Program-made: the position numbers and the translations under genes
Shown: one piece after another, positions 1 to 14,724 of the stretch
Layout: each line of letters opens with the position of its first letter
Position numbering within the stretch: position 1 is the stretch's first letter
Notes under the pieces: model-generated
Told to the model about the DNA's origin: nothing
Seen by the model: the letters and a program-made list of their open reading frames with translations, nothing else
The model's database searches: none
Source: Mycobacterium sp.
GTDB taxonomy: Bacteria > Actinomycetota > Actinomycetes > Mycobacteriales > Mycobacteriaceae
Assembly (NCBI GenBank): GCA_035569455.1
Contig: DATMMZ010000285.1
Coordinates: forward strand, 9,189-73,188
DNA length: 64,000 nucleotides
Direction of reading: 5' to 3'

Positions 1-2477
<2,477 letters not shown>

Positions 2478-2481
<4 letters not shown>

Positions 2482-3824
2482 CGATACTCTTTCAGTCGGG
2501 GCCACAGGCCGAGGGCGACCGCGACGGCGGCGCCCAGGCTGAGTACCACGCCGCCGATCTGGGCGCCGGACAGCCCGCTGCGCGCATTGAGGACGTCGTT
2601 GCGAAGGTGGGTGCGGCTCTGGTCCATGACCTTGACCAACGATTCGTCGAGCTTGTCGAAGGCAGGGGTGGAGTCGTCCTCACCGCTACCCAGCGCAACC
2701 TCAGTGGCGGCCCGATAGTTGCCTACCGAGATGTAGGAGTTGATCCGGTCGTTGGCCTGCCGCCAGCGGACCAGCAGCTGGTCGGCGCCTTGCAGGTCGG
2801 ATTTGTCGACGGCGTCGGGGCGGGACATGTAGTGGTCGATCTGTTGGTGCATGGAGTCGATCCGCTGGTAGAAGGACTGCTTGCGGATCTCCTCATCGCC
2901 GCGCCGGATCAGCGACAGCGTCTCGTCGGCCCGCGCCTGCTGGGCGGTGATCTCGACGTTGGTAACCGTCCTCAGCGAATCGGCCGCAGTGTCCTTGGCG
3001 CTACGGCTGGCGGCCGTGGAAATGGTCAACGCTGTTCCAACCCACACCACCATGACGAGAATACCCAGCGCGCCCACCACAAGACCCGGGTTGATCCGGC
3101 GCCTGGTACGCCGAGCCAGCCAGCGGTGGGAGAACACGCCAAAAACCACGGTGGTGGCGACGATCAGGATCACCGGAGCCGGGAAATGAGTGGATGCGGT
3201 GGTTTCCGTGTCCACCCGTTCTGACGTCGCCTTGTAGAGCCGTTGCGCGTCGGGCAGGATCGTCGATTGCATCAGCCCCGATGCTTCCGACAGATACGAC
3301 GACCCGACCGGGTTGCCTTCCCGGTTGTTGGTCCGCGCGACCTCGATCAACCCGGTATAAACGGCCAGTTCGGCGTTCATCCGGCCGAGCAATTCCAGAC
3401 AGGTCGACGATGTCGGTGGCGGACACGTGATCTCGTCGGTCAGCCCGCTCGACGCCCGGGTGACGGCCACGGTGGCGTCGGTGATGGCCTGCTCGTAGCG
3501 CAGCCGGACCGTGCGCGGTTCGGCTTGGGCGATGAACGCGGTGGCCGCCGCGGCGTCGGCGATCGACAGCGTGGTGTAGAGCCGTCCGGCGGCGAACGAC
3601 AGCGGCTCGGTGTGGTTGAGGACCGTACTCAGCACTTGTTGCCGGTGGTTGATGGTCGTCGAGGTGGCGAACGCGCTGGCAACGCCGAGGCACGCCAGAA
3701 CGATGCCGATGGTCAGGATGCGGCCTGGAGTTGTGGCGGCGAACCACCAGCGGGGGTGCGCGGGTTCGGCCGGCGACCGCGTCCCCAGCGGCTCGGTCGA
3801 CGGGTGCGCCAGCTCAACCGTCAC
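2478..3824 (-). CDS. glnX: Membrane protein GlnX (Rv0412c orthologue)
   Basis: GTG start at VTVELAHPSTEPLG; hydrophobic segments flank two large soluble domains; operon position. Confidence 0.92.
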
Positions 3825-3969
3825 GTCTGCCTCGACCTCGTCTTTCGGCCAGTCTCTCGAACCTCTATAAGCGAATTCTAAGAGAATGTTCCGCCGGATG
3901 GGGGGAGGCGGACGCAATTGCCCGGCCGATCCTTTCAGCTGTCAGCATATGGCTGCATATCCTTAGCCG

Positions 3970-4611
3970 ATGCGGGGCGACGGTGACGGATGGGTGGTAT
4001 CCGACGGCGGCGCTCACTACTGGGGCAGGTATGGCGCGGCCGGTCTGCTGCTGCGGGCGCCGCGGCCCGACGGCACCCCCGCCGTGTTGTTGCAGCATCG
4101 GGCGGTGTGGAGCCACCAGGGCGGCACCTGGGGTTTGCCGGGCGGTGCGCGAGACAGCCACGAGAGTCCCGAGGAGACCGCGGTCCGCGAAGCGCGCGAA
4201 GAGGCTGGACTACTAGCCGAACAACTCGCTGTGCGGGCGACGGTGGTCACCGCCGAAGTCTCCGGGATAGCCGGTACGCGCTGGACCTACACCACGGTCG
4301 TCGCCGACGCCGGCGAGCTGCTGCACACCGTGCCTAACCGGGAAAGCGCCGAGCTGCGCTGGGTCGGCGAGAACGACGTCGCCGAGCTGCCGCTACATCC
4401 CGGGTTCGCGGCCAGCTGGCAACGGCTGCGCACGGCCCCGGCCAGGGTGCCGCTGGGCCACGGCGACGAACGGCGGCAGCGGCTGCCGCGCACCATGGAG
4501 ATCGAGGCCGGGGTTTTCATCTGGTGCATGCCGGGCGATCCAGTTCAGGCGGGTCAGGCATCGTCGCAGCTGAGTTCCCGAATCAGCTCGCTGCTGCAAG
4601 CGCTGACTTGA
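3970..4611 (+). CDS. mutT3: NUDIX hydrolase MutT3
   Basis: Nudix box [23 protein letters not shown]; N-terminal RGDGDGWV; TATCCT 6 nt upstream of ATG. Confidence 0.92.
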   Translation: MRGDGDGWVVSDGGAHYWGRYGAAGLLLRAPRPDGTPAVLLQHRAVWSHQGGTWGLPGGARDSHESPEETAVREAREEAGLLAEQLAVRATVVTAEVSGIAGTRWTYTTVVADAGELLHTVPNRESAELRWVGENDVAELPLHPGFAASWQRLRTAPARVPLGHGDERRQRLPRTMEIEAGVFIWCMPGDPVQAGQASSQLSSRISSLLQALT

Positions 4612-5266
4612 GCTGTTCGGCCGCGGCCCGTGGGTCCTCGGCCGCGGTGATCGCCCGTACCACCACGATCCGGCGGGCCCCGGCGTCGAGGACCTCGGGC
4701 AGACGCTGGGCGTCGATACCGCCGATCGCGAACCACGGTTTGTCGCCACCGAGTTCGGCGGCGGCACGTACCAGCTGCAGGCCCGGCGCCGCGCGGCCCG
4801 GCTTGGTAGGGGTGGGCCAGCAGGGGCCGACGCAGAAATAGTCGGCGCCCAAGGCCCCAAAACCGGCCACGGCCGCCGCAACCTGGTCCCGGTCATGGGT
4901 GGACAGTCCGATCAGCGTGGCCGGCCCGACAACCTCGCGCGCCAGGTCCAGCGGCAGATCCCCCTGACCCAGATGCAGCGCGTCGGCACCCGCCGCGCGG
5001 GCAATGTCGGCGCGGTCGTTGACCGCAAACAGGGCGCCATGCCGGCGGGCCGCGTCCGCGAGGATCTCGCATGCGGCGAGCTCGTCGCGTGCCTCGAGCG
5101 GGCCGAACCGCTGCTCACCGACCGAACCCTTGTCGCGCAGCTGGATGACGTCCACTCCGCCGCCCAAGGCGGAATCGACAAACGGGGCCAAGTCGCCGCG
5201 TTCTCGGCGGGCGTCAGTGCACAGATAAAGCCTTGCTGTGGCGAGACGGGAAGCAGATCCGTGCAC
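4583..5266 (-). CDS. thiE: Thiamine-phosphate synthase
   Basis: QLRDK, NDRAD, HLGQGD, GLSTH, PTPTK and AIGGI motifs. Confidence 0.96.
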   Translation of the reverse strand: MHGSASRLATARLYLCTDARRERGDLAPFVDSALGGGVDVIQLRDKGSVGEQRFGPLEARDELAACEILADAARRHGALFAVNDRADIARAAGADALHLGQGDLPLDLAREVVGPATLIGLSTHDRDQVAAAVAGFGALGADYFCVGPCWPTPTKPGRAAPGLQLVRAAAELGGDKPWFAIGGIDAQRLPEVLDAGARRIVVVRAITAAEDPRAAAEQLKSALAAAS

Positions 5267-5312
5267 ACGGCTGACGTTATCTCGGTTATCGCGCTAGCGT
5301 GGACCCCGAAGA

Positions 5313-5426
5313 GCACGGGAGTCCCGGGCGCGGGGCTGAGAGTGGGCTAAGCCCTTTGCAAGCCAGCTTGCAACGTGACCTGCCCTTACCGTCACACCTG
5401 ATCCGGATCATGCCGGCGAAGGGAGG
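5313..5426 (+). ncRNA. TPP riboswitch upstream of thiO-thiS-thiG
   Basis: GGGAG...GCTGAGAG...ACCTGATCCGGATCATGCCGGCGAAGGGAG consensus. The 3' end coincides with the GGAGG SD of thiO. Confidence 0.95.
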
Positions 5427-5432
5427 TCAAGC

Positions 5433-6427
5433 ATGCTGGCTGTCATCGGCGGCGGTGTCATCGGGCTGTCGGTGGCGCGCCGGGCAGCGCAGGCCGGATG
5501 GTCGGTGCGGGTGCACCGCACCGGCGAGCGCGGTGCGTCCTGGGTCGCCGGCGGCATGCTGGCCCCGCACAGCGAGGGCTGGCCCGGTGAGGAACGGTTG
5601 TTGCGGCTGGGTATCGAGTCGCTGCGGCTGTGGCGCGAGGGCGGCTTTCTGGACGGGCTGCCGCCGGAGGTGATCACCGCGCGCGAGTCGCTGGTGGTGG
5701 CCGTCGACCAGGCCGATGTCGCCGATCTGCGTACCGTCGCGGACTGGTTGTCCGGGCAGGGACACCCGGTGGTCTGGGAGTCGGCCGCCCGCGACGTGGA
5801 ACCCCTGCTGGCGCAGGGCGTCCGACACGGCTTTCGGGCCCCCACCGAGCTGGCCGTGGACAACCGCGCGGTGCTCGACGCGCTGCGGCTGGACTGCGAG
5901 CGGCTCGGAATTCGTTGGGCGGCACCGGTAACCGACCTGTCCGATGTCGAGGCCGACGAAGTTGTGATCGCCAATGGCATCGACGCCCCCGCATTGTGGC
6001 CTGGCCTGCCCGTGCGCCCGGTGAAGGGTGAAGTGCTGCGGCTGCGCTGGCGAAAGGGCTGTATGCCGCTGCCGCAGAGGGTGATTCGTGCGCGGGTGCA
6101 CGGCCGGCAGGTGTACTTGGTACCGCGCGCGGATGGGGTGGTCGTCGGCGCCACCCAGTACGAACACGGCCGCGACACCGCCCCGGTGGTGTCGGGCGTG
6201 CGTGACCTGCTTGACGACGCGTGTGCGGTGTTGCCGGCGCTGGGTGAGTACGAGCTGGCCGAGTGCGCCGCCGGGCTGCGCCCGATGACTCCCGATAACC
6301 TGCCACTGGTGCAGCGCCTGGATGCACGGACCCTGGTCGCCGCCGGGCACGGGCGATCGGGGTTTTTGTTGGCGCCCTGGACCGCCGAACAGATTGTGTC
6401 CGAACTTGTCCCGGTTGGAGCCCACCG

Positions 6428-6431
<4 letters not shown>
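5433..6431 (+). CDS. thiO: Glycine oxidase ThiO
   Basis: GGGVIG FAD motif, AGGMLAP, PVKGE, GLRP, GHGRSG. Confidence 0.96.
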
Positions 6432-8131
<1,700 letters not shown>

Positions 8132-8144
8132 ACCAATTGTGAGG

Positions 8145-8672
8145 TCAGCCGTTGGTCCGCCACCACTGGTATAGCGCGGGGACATCGGTGGTGGATGCGC
8201 GGATATAGCTCAACACGTTCTTGGCGTCCGTGGTCCAGATGATTTCGGCGCCATCCTGGTAAGTCCCGCAGGCCACCTGCCCCGCGTTAGTGGTGGCGTT
8301 GCCCTGGTGCCACGGAGCCGGTCCTTTGGTGCTGCTGTCCCCGCAAGTGGTCAGAACGTCGTCTTTGATGCTGGTTTTGAACCAGTTAGCCAAATCGTCG
8401 CCGCTGCTGAAGAGGAAGTACTTGGCCTGGACGGGCCCTTTGGGGTCGGGGCTTTGTCCGCAAGTTAGTGCGGCCAGTTGACTACCGGTAATCGGCTGGG
8501 CGGTGCAGTTGTTGAGGCCGTAGCCCTTCGACAGGTTGCCGGCAAGTGTGTTGACGTCCGACGAGTTACCGGTGTTGGGGTCTGCCGCCGCGGTGGTACT
8601 AGCCAGGCAGGCAAAACTGCCCATCAGCACTGCAGTTGTCGCGGCTCGCAGCGCATCGGCGAGATGAGACAT
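8145..8672 (-). CDS. Secreted Cys-containing protein resembling a stand-alone extracellular domain of actinobacterial Ser/Thr kinases
   Basis: AAGGAG SD; signal peptide ending AAA-DP; four Cys in the mature part; C-terminal LYQWW. The family call is from memory. Confidence 0.65.
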   Translation of the reverse strand: MSHLADALRAATTAVLMGSFACLASTTAAADPNTGNSSDVNTLAGNLSKGYGLNNCTAQPITGSQLAALTCGQSPDPKGPVQAKYFLFSSGDDLANWFKTSIKDDVLTTCGDSSTKGPAPWHQGNATTNAGQVACGTYQDGAEIIWTTDAKNVLSYIRASTTDVPALYQWWRTNG

Positions 8673-9126
8673 CCTTGGCTCCTTACGGTTGTCGGACCGG
8701 CGGTGCGGCTGCGCTGACATCCACGAGTGCATTTGCGTCGCTCACCGGAAACAGAGCTTTCTACCAAAAGGCATCGTAGGTCTATGCCCTGACCATGCAA
8801 CACATTCTGCTGTAAATTGTCTGTCTTGGCATCAATCAAGTCTACCGCGAGTAACTTTGCTGGCCAGTGGGGCGGTTTTGAAAATTCAAATTAGCCAGCC
8901 TATTTCCGCTATCGAGGGGATTCTGTGCGGCACAGAATCGGCGCGATGCGTTGACTTCTAAACCGCACGCAGGTGGCAAGTCAACCGTCGCGCCGCGGCG
9001 ATTTGCGTTTCTATGCCCGTTCTATGTCCGCAGCGAGATTTTTCAATTGCCGATGCCGCTGCGACGGCTGTCGGGTATGGTAAGCAACGCTTTTAGCCAG
9101 CTAACTTCTCTTGACTGGAGAACCGC

Positions 9127-9462
9127 ATGACTGCACAGCCTCCACCGCCACCACCTGGCTACCCGCCGCAGCCGCCCGCTGGGCAAGCGCCGAATAACCA
9201 CTTGGTGTGGTCGATTTTGGTGACGTTGTTTTGCTGCCTCCCCTTGGGGATCGTCGCGATCATCAAGTCCACCCAGGTCAACGGGTTGTGGCAGAGCGGT
9301 CAATACGCCGAGGCGCAGGCCGCCGCCGACAGTGCCAGGAAGTTCGTGATGTGGTCGGTGATCATTGGCATTGCGGTAGATATCATCTATGTGATCGTGA
9401 TGGTGGCGTCGGGTGGCTTTAATGCAGGGTCGAACGCGGCGATGCTTGCCGCGATGTTCTAA
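9127..9462 (+). CDS. CD225/dispanin-family membrane protein
   Basis: GGAG SD; Pro-rich N-terminus; PNNHLVWSIL..LFCCLPLGIVAI..S.QV...G.Y.EA signature. Confidence 0.88.
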   Translation: MTAQPPPPPPGYPPQPPAGQAPNNHLVWSILVTLFCCLPLGIVAIIKSTQVNGLWQSGQYAEAQAAADSARKFVMWSVIIGIAVDIIYVIVMVASGGFNAGSNAAMLAAMF

Positions 9463-9477
9463 GCAGGGGTTGAACTT

Positions 9478-9903
9478 ATGCTGACCCGGCTAGGGTCGGC
9501 GCCGCTGCGTTTGGGTGCGCCGGTGATGGTGGCCGCGTCCGCGACGTTGGCGTGCGCGGCCATCTGGGTTGGTGACCCGACCACCCCGCACGGCCCGCTG
9601 CCGGTATGCCCTACCAAGGCGCTGTTGGGTATCGACTGCCCCGGTTGCGGCAGCATGCGGATGTTGTATTCCCTCATGCACGGCAACCTGCCTGCGGCCC
9701 TCAGGTTTAACGCGCTGGGCGTGGCGGCGGTGGTGCTGTTGGTGTGGGCGTACCTGGCTTGGACCTATGGCCGCGTGACGGGCCGGCGGATCGTGAGCTG
9801 GCAACACCATCGCTGGTCTGCGGTGCTGACGCTGTCGTTGGTGTTGATTTGGTTCGTGGTGCGCAACATCCCTTTTGCGCCCTTCACCGGGCTGTATGTC
9901 TAA
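9478..9903 (+). CDS. DUF2752 membrane protein
   Basis: CP...LGIDCPGCG..R...L.HG...AA..FN signature. Confidence 0.88.
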   Translation: MLTRLGSAPLRLGAPVMVAASATLACAAIWVGDPTTPHGPLPVCPTKALLGIDCPGCGSMRMLYSLMHGNLPAALRFNALGVAAVVLLVWAYLAWTYGRVTGRRIVSWQHHRWSAVLTLSLVLIWFVVRNIPFAPFTGLYV

Positions 9904-10003
9904 ATAGGTCGCGGCGAGTCGAAAGCCCCACCCGTACAGCGAGTCTCAGCGCTACGCTGCGGCCGGGCGCGGCGCTACCACGGCCGCGGTCTAACCTGGG
10001 CGC

Positions 10004-11503
10004 GTGGTGAACAAAACATGGACGGTCGCGGTGGTGTTCGCCGTGCTCGCCCTCACTGCATTTCTGACGGGCTGCTCCCATCGGTCGGCTACCGCGCAGG
10101 AGCCGGCGACCAACACCGCCGCAGCCGAGTTTGCCAGCACGCTGCGTAAAAAGGTCACCGCAGATGCGATGATGTCGCATCTCTCCAAACTGCAGGACAT
10201 CGCCAACGCCAACAACGGCACCCGGGCCGTGGGCACCCCCGGTTACGAAGTCAGCGTCGACTACGTGGTCAACACGTTGCGCAGCAGCGGTTTTGACGTG
10301 CAAACACCCGAGTTTTCCGCCCGGGTGTTTCACGCCGACAAGGGGTCGGTGACGGTCGACGGGAAGAATTTTGAGGCGCGGGCGCTGGAATACAGTATCG
10401 GCACCCCGCCAGACGGGGTGAGCGGGCCGCTGGTGTCCGCGCCGGCCGACGATAGCCCGGGATGTACGGCCTCCGACTACGACAGGCAGCCAGTGCAAGG
10501 TGCGGTGGTGCTGGTGGACCGGGGCAACTGCCCATTCGCCCAGAAGGAAGACGCCGCGGCGCAGCGAGGCGCCGTGGCCGTGCTCGTCGTCGACAACGTC
10601 GACGAGCAGCAGATGGGCGGCACCCTCGGGGCGAACACCGACGGCAAGGTCCCGACGCTGAGCGTCACCAAGTCCGTTGGGATACTGCTGCGCGGGCAGC
10701 CCGGACAGGCAACCGTCAAGCTCAATGCGAGCACCCAAAGTGTGAAGGCCCGCAACATCATCGCGCAGACCAAGACGGGGTCGACCACCGACGTAGTGAT
10801 GCTCGGCGCGCATCTGGACAGCGTCCGGGAGGGGCCGGGCATCAACGACAACGGCTCCGGGGTGGCCGCGGTCCTGGAAACCGCCGTGCAGCTCGGAAAC
10901 TCGCCGCAAGTGCACAATGCAGTACGGTTCGGCTTCTGGGGTGCAGAGGAACTCGGACTGATCGGGTCGCGGAACTACGTCGAGTCGCTGGACCTGGACG
11001 CGCTGAAGAGCATTGCGCTGTATCTGAACTTCGACATGCTCGCGTCGCCCAATCCGGGCTACTTCACCTATGACGGAGACCAATCGCTTCCGGGGGACGT
11101 CCGCGGCCAACCGGTGGTGCCCGAAGGCTCTGCCGGTATCGAGCGCATGCTGGCCGCCTACCTGAAGTCGGCCGGCAAGACCGCGCAGGACACCTCGTTC
11201 GACGGTCGCTCCGACTACGACGGGTTCACCCTGGCGGGTATCCCGGCGGGTGGCCTGTTCTCCGGCGCGGAGAACAAGAAGACCGACGACCAGGTCAATC
11301 TGTGGGGCGGCACCGCCAACGAGCCGTTCGACCCCAACTATCATAAGAAAACCGACACCCTCGACCACATCGACCGGACCTCGCTGGGCATCAACGGCGG
11401 CGGCGTCGCCTACGCGGCGGCACTGTACGCGCAGGACCTCGGCGGTCGCAACGGGGTTCCGATCATGGACGACCGCACGCGCCACGTGCTCGCCAACAAA
11501 TGA
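10004..11503 (+). CDS. lpqL: Lipoprotein aminopeptidase LpqL (M28 family, PA domain)
   Basis: Lipobox LTGC; intact Zn and catalytic motifs GAHLDS, INDNGSG, GAEELG, NFDM, SDY, YH; TAACCT -10 6 nt upstream. Confidence 0.93.
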   Translation: MVNKTWTVAVVFAVLALTAFLTGCSHRSATAQEPATNTAAAEFASTLRKKVTADAMMSHLSKLQDIANANNGTRAVGTPGYEVSVDYVVNTLRSSGFDVQTPEFSARVFHADKGSVTVDGKNFEARALEYSIGTPPDGVSGPLVSAPADDSPGCTASDYDRQPVQGAVVLVDRGNCPFAQKEDAAAQRGAVAVLVVDNVDEQQMGGTLGANTDGKVPTLSVTKSVGILLRGQPGQATVKLNASTQSVKARNIIAQTKTGSTTDVVMLGAHLDSVREGPGINDNGSGVAAVLETAVQLGNSPQVHNAVRFGFWGAEELGLIGSRNYVESLDLDALKSIALYLNFDMLASPNPGYFTYDGDQSLPGDVRGQPVVPEGSAGIERMLAAYLKSAGKTAQDTSFDGRSDYDGFTLAGIPAGGLFSGAENKKTDDQVNLWGGTANEPFDPNYHKKTDTLDHIDRTSLGINGGGVAYAAALYAQDLGGRNGVPIMDDRTRHVLANK

Positions 11504-12981
11504 TCCGCCGGCTGGGCGCAACGTTGCTGTTGCTCACGGGGCTGCTGGCGGGGTGCTCACCACATCCCGGGTCGCGCCCAGGGTCCCCGGCTGCTGCGCC
11601 GGATCTGGGCCGGGGATTGGCCGGAAAGGTGACCGCGGAAGGGATGTTCGCGCACCTGCGCGCGCTGCAGGATATCGCCAACGCCAACCGGGGGAACCGG
11701 GCAGAGGGCACGCCGGGCTTCGATGCCAGCGTCGAGTACGTGGCAAAAGCACTGCGCAGCAGGGGTTTCGACGTGGCGACGCCGCAGTTCGACCGGTTGT
11801 ACGCCGCATCCCCGGGGAAGCCGACGCTGACAATTGCCGGCCGCAATTACCAGGTCGACCAGGCCTCGTTGCTGGTCCGGACACCGCCCGGCGGCCTGAC
11901 CGGCCCGCCGATCCGGCCCACCCAACCGGCCGGCTGTACAGCCAGCGATTACCCGTCCGTAATACCGAAGGGTGCGATCGCCGTCGTCGACGATAGCCGC
12001 TGCTCGGTGGTGGACAAGCAGAACAGCGCGGTGGCCAAGGGCGCCGCAGCGCTGATCGTTCTGAGTCAGCCCACTGGCGAGGGCGCCCCGCCCACGTTGT
12101 TCAGCCCCCGCTACTACAACCAGCTGAACGTGCCGGTCGCGGTTGTCGGTGGTTACGGAGCCAGCGCGCTGGCACGCTCCACCGATCCGGTGCGCCTGGT
12201 GCTGGACGCCGAGAACATCAAGATCACATCGCGAAACGTGCTGGCGCAGACCAAGACCGGCTCGCCGAATGAGGTGGTGATGGTCGGCGCGCATCTGGAC
12301 AGCTCGCGCGACAGTCCGGGCATCAACAATGCCGGGTCCGGGGTGGCCGCGGTGCTGGAAACCGCACTGCAGCTCGGCCCGTTGCCGCCGGTGAACAACG
12401 CCGTGCGCTTCGCGTTCTGGGGAGCCGGGGAGAACGGGCTCAACGGCGCCATGGACTTCCTCTTCAGCCTGGACAACGATCAACTCAACAACATCGCGCT
12501 ATACCTGAACTTCGACATGCTCGGCTCACCGAACGCGGGCTTCTTCACCGACGACGGCGACCAGTCCGGCCCGCCCAGTCCCGGTGTGCCATCCGGGGAT
12601 GTGCCCGAAGGTTCTGCGGGCATCGAACGCACCCTGTCCGGATATCTGAATCTGGCCGGCAAGCGGCCCGCCGACATGCCATTGAGCACCAGGACCGACT
12701 ACCATCCCTTCATGATTGCCGGAGTACCGATCGGGGGTGTAACCACTGGTGCTTCGCAGCCGAAAACCACTGTGCAGGGCCGACTCTGGGGTGGCCAGCC
12801 CGGCGTTTGGTTCGACCCGAATTACCAGAGCCCCCGTGACACCGTCGCCAACATCAACCGGGAAGCTTTGGCGGTCATGGGTTCTGGCGTGGGGTTCGCG
12901 GTGGGCTACTACGCGGAGTCAATCGGGGGAGTCAACGGCGTGCCGCCCCACGACAAGCGGCATCGCACCCGGGTGCCGTAG
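11500..12981 (+). CDS. LpqL-like M28 lipoprotein paralogue with degenerate active site
   Basis: ATGA-coupled to lpqL; lipobox LAGC; same architecture, but INNAGSG, GAGENG and NYQ replace the catalytic motifs. Confidence 0.88.
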   Translation: MIRRLGATLLLLTGLLAGCSPHPGSRPGSPAAAPDLGRGLAGKVTAEGMFAHLRALQDIANANRGNRAEGTPGFDASVEYVAKALRSRGFDVATPQFDRLYAASPGKPTLTIAGRNYQVDQASLLVRTPPGGLTGPPIRPTQPAGCTASDYPSVIPKGAIAVVDDSRCSVVDKQNSAVAKGAAALIVLSQPTGEGAPPTLFSPRYYNQLNVPVAVVGGYGASALARSTDPVRLVLDAENIKITSRNVLAQTKTGSPNEVVMVGAHLDSSRDSPGINNAGSGVAAVLETALQLGPLPPVNNAVRFAFWGAGENGLNGAMDFLFSLDNDQLNNIALYLNFDMLGSPNAGFFTDDGDQSGPPSPGVPSGDVPEGSAGIERTLSGYLNLAGKRPADMPLSTRTDYHPFMIAGVPIGGVTTGASQPKTTVQGRLWGGQPGVWFDPNYQSPRDTVANINREALAVMGSGVGFAVGYYAESIGGVNGVPPHDKRHRTRVP

Positions 12982-13120
12982 CGGTAGGTCCGCGCCGGCC
13001 GCCGAACCTGATGTGAGTTCCTGGTGAGCTGCGGCTCTTCTGCCGTGCCGGCAGTCCGACGGATTTAGACTGAGTTTCCCTTTAATGCTGCCGCGCAGGC
13101 CGGTCGGGATGAGGTTGGTC

Positions 13121-14581
13121 ATGAGTAACCAGGGGCGGCGCGGGCCAATCGCCGGGATGCGGGCGGTGATCGCCTGTGCCGGGGCGGTACTCGTGCTGGC
13201 GGGGTGCACGACTTTCGTCGAGGGGCGGGCGTTGTCGACGCTCAACGACCCGTTCCGGGTGGGGGATTTGCCCGCGGCCGACGGACCCAGCGGGCCCCGC
13301 CCGAACGCGCCTGCTACGACCGGCACGGTGGAAAACACCGACAACGGACCGATCGACAAGCTGGCGTTGCTATCGGTCAACGACATCCAGGAGTATTGGA
13401 AGCGGGTGTATAGCCAATCCCTGAAAGGCAAATTCAAGCCGCTCGACAAACTCATCTCCTACGACTCCAACGATCCCCGCAGCCCGGTCATTTGTCGCAG
13501 GAAGACCTACAAGTTCGTCAACGCCTTCTACACAAGCCGGTGTAACTTGATCGCCTGGGATCGCGGGGTGTTGTTCCCAGCCGGGGAGAAGTACTTCGGC
13601 GAGGTATCTACCACCGGGGTGTTGGCCCACGAGTTTGGCCACGCCCTGCAGAAAATGGCAAAACTGGCCTCGGCGGGCGACCCCACCATCGTCTTCGAGC
13701 AGCAAGCCGATTGCTTCGCCGGCGTCTATCTGTATTGGGTGGCATCTGGCAAGTCGCCGCGCTTCGCGCTGAGCACCGGTGATGGGCTGGACCACGTGCT
13801 CGCGGGACTGATCACCATGCGCGACCCGGTAGAGGACAGGGAAAGCGACAACGAGCATGGGTCGGCCCTGGATCGGGTCAGTGCCTTCCAGATGGGATTC
13901 GTGAGCGGCGCCTCGGCATGCGCGGCTATCAATATGAAGGAGATCGAGCAACGCCGTGGTGACCTGCCAAAGATCCTGCGGACCGATCCCGGCGGGGAAA
14001 CCGAGATCGGTGAGGCCCCGGTCAACGAGGACACCTTGTCGACGCTGATGGAGGTGATGGCAAAGATCTTCAACCCCAAGCAGCCGCCCACGTTGTCGGA
14101 CCAGCCGGCCGATTGCCCCGACGCGAAGGCCAGCCGACCGGCGTCGTACTGTCCGGCCACCAACACCATCGTGGTCGACCTGCCCGAGCTGGCGGCCATG
14201 GCGAGGGTCGGCGGCAGAAAGGAACACGAGCTGCCGCAGGGTGACGACACCGCCCTGTCGATTGTGATGTCGAGGTACACGTTGGCGGTGCAGCATGAAC
14301 GGGGCTTGCCGATGCAAAGTCCGTGGACCGCGCTGCGGACGGCGTGTTTGACGGGGTATACGCACCGCAAGATGGCCGAGCCCATCGACCTCCCGTCCCA
14401 CAAACAGCTACTGCTGTCCGCCGGTGACCTCGACAAGGCCGTCTCCGGCCTGCTCACCAACCACATGGTCGCCAGCGACGCCGACGGTGTCACCGTGCCG
14501 GCCGGCTTCACTCGGATAGCGGCGTTCCGCGGCGGCGTGGCCGGCAAGATGGACGCTTGCTACACACGGTATCCGGCATAG
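13121..14581 (+). CDS. LpqM-like neutral zinc metallopeptidase lipoprotein, copy 1
   Basis: Lipobox LAGC, NAFY, AHEFGH (HExxH), EQQADC, HGSALDR. Start uncertain (13085-13157). Confidence 0.88.
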   Translation: MSNQGRRGPIAGMRAVIACAGAVLVLAGCTTFVEGRALSTLNDPFRVGDLPAADGPSGPRPNAPATTGTVENTDNGPIDKLALLSVNDIQEYWKRVYSQSLKGKFKPLDKLISYDSNDPRSPVICRRKTYKFVNAFYTSRCNLIAWDRGVLFPAGEKYFGEVSTTGVLAHEFGHALQKMAKLASAGDPTIVFEQQADCFAGVYLYWVASGKSPRFALSTGDGLDHVLAGLITMRDPVEDRESDNEHGSALDRVSAFQMGFVSGASACAAINMKEIEQRRGDLPKILRTDPGGETEIGEAPVNEDTLSTLMEVMAKIFNPKQPPTLSDQPADCPDAKASRPASYCPATNTIVVDLPELAAMARVGGRKEHELPQGDDTALSIVMSRYTLAVQHERGLPMQSPWTALRTACLTGYTHRKMAEPIDLPSHKQLLLSAGDLDKAVSGLLTNHMVASDADGVTVPAGFTRIAAFRGGVAGKMDACYTRYPA

Positions 14582-14724
14582 CGGGCGACCGATCTCAACG
14601 AGCCTGGGACTGCACGTCGAGCCTGGTGAGCCGTGGTTTCGTTTGTGCCATGCCGGTAGTCCGACCGATCTAGAATTAGGTCCCTTTGATGCAGCTGGGC
14701 AGGCCGGTCGGGATGAGGTTGGTC

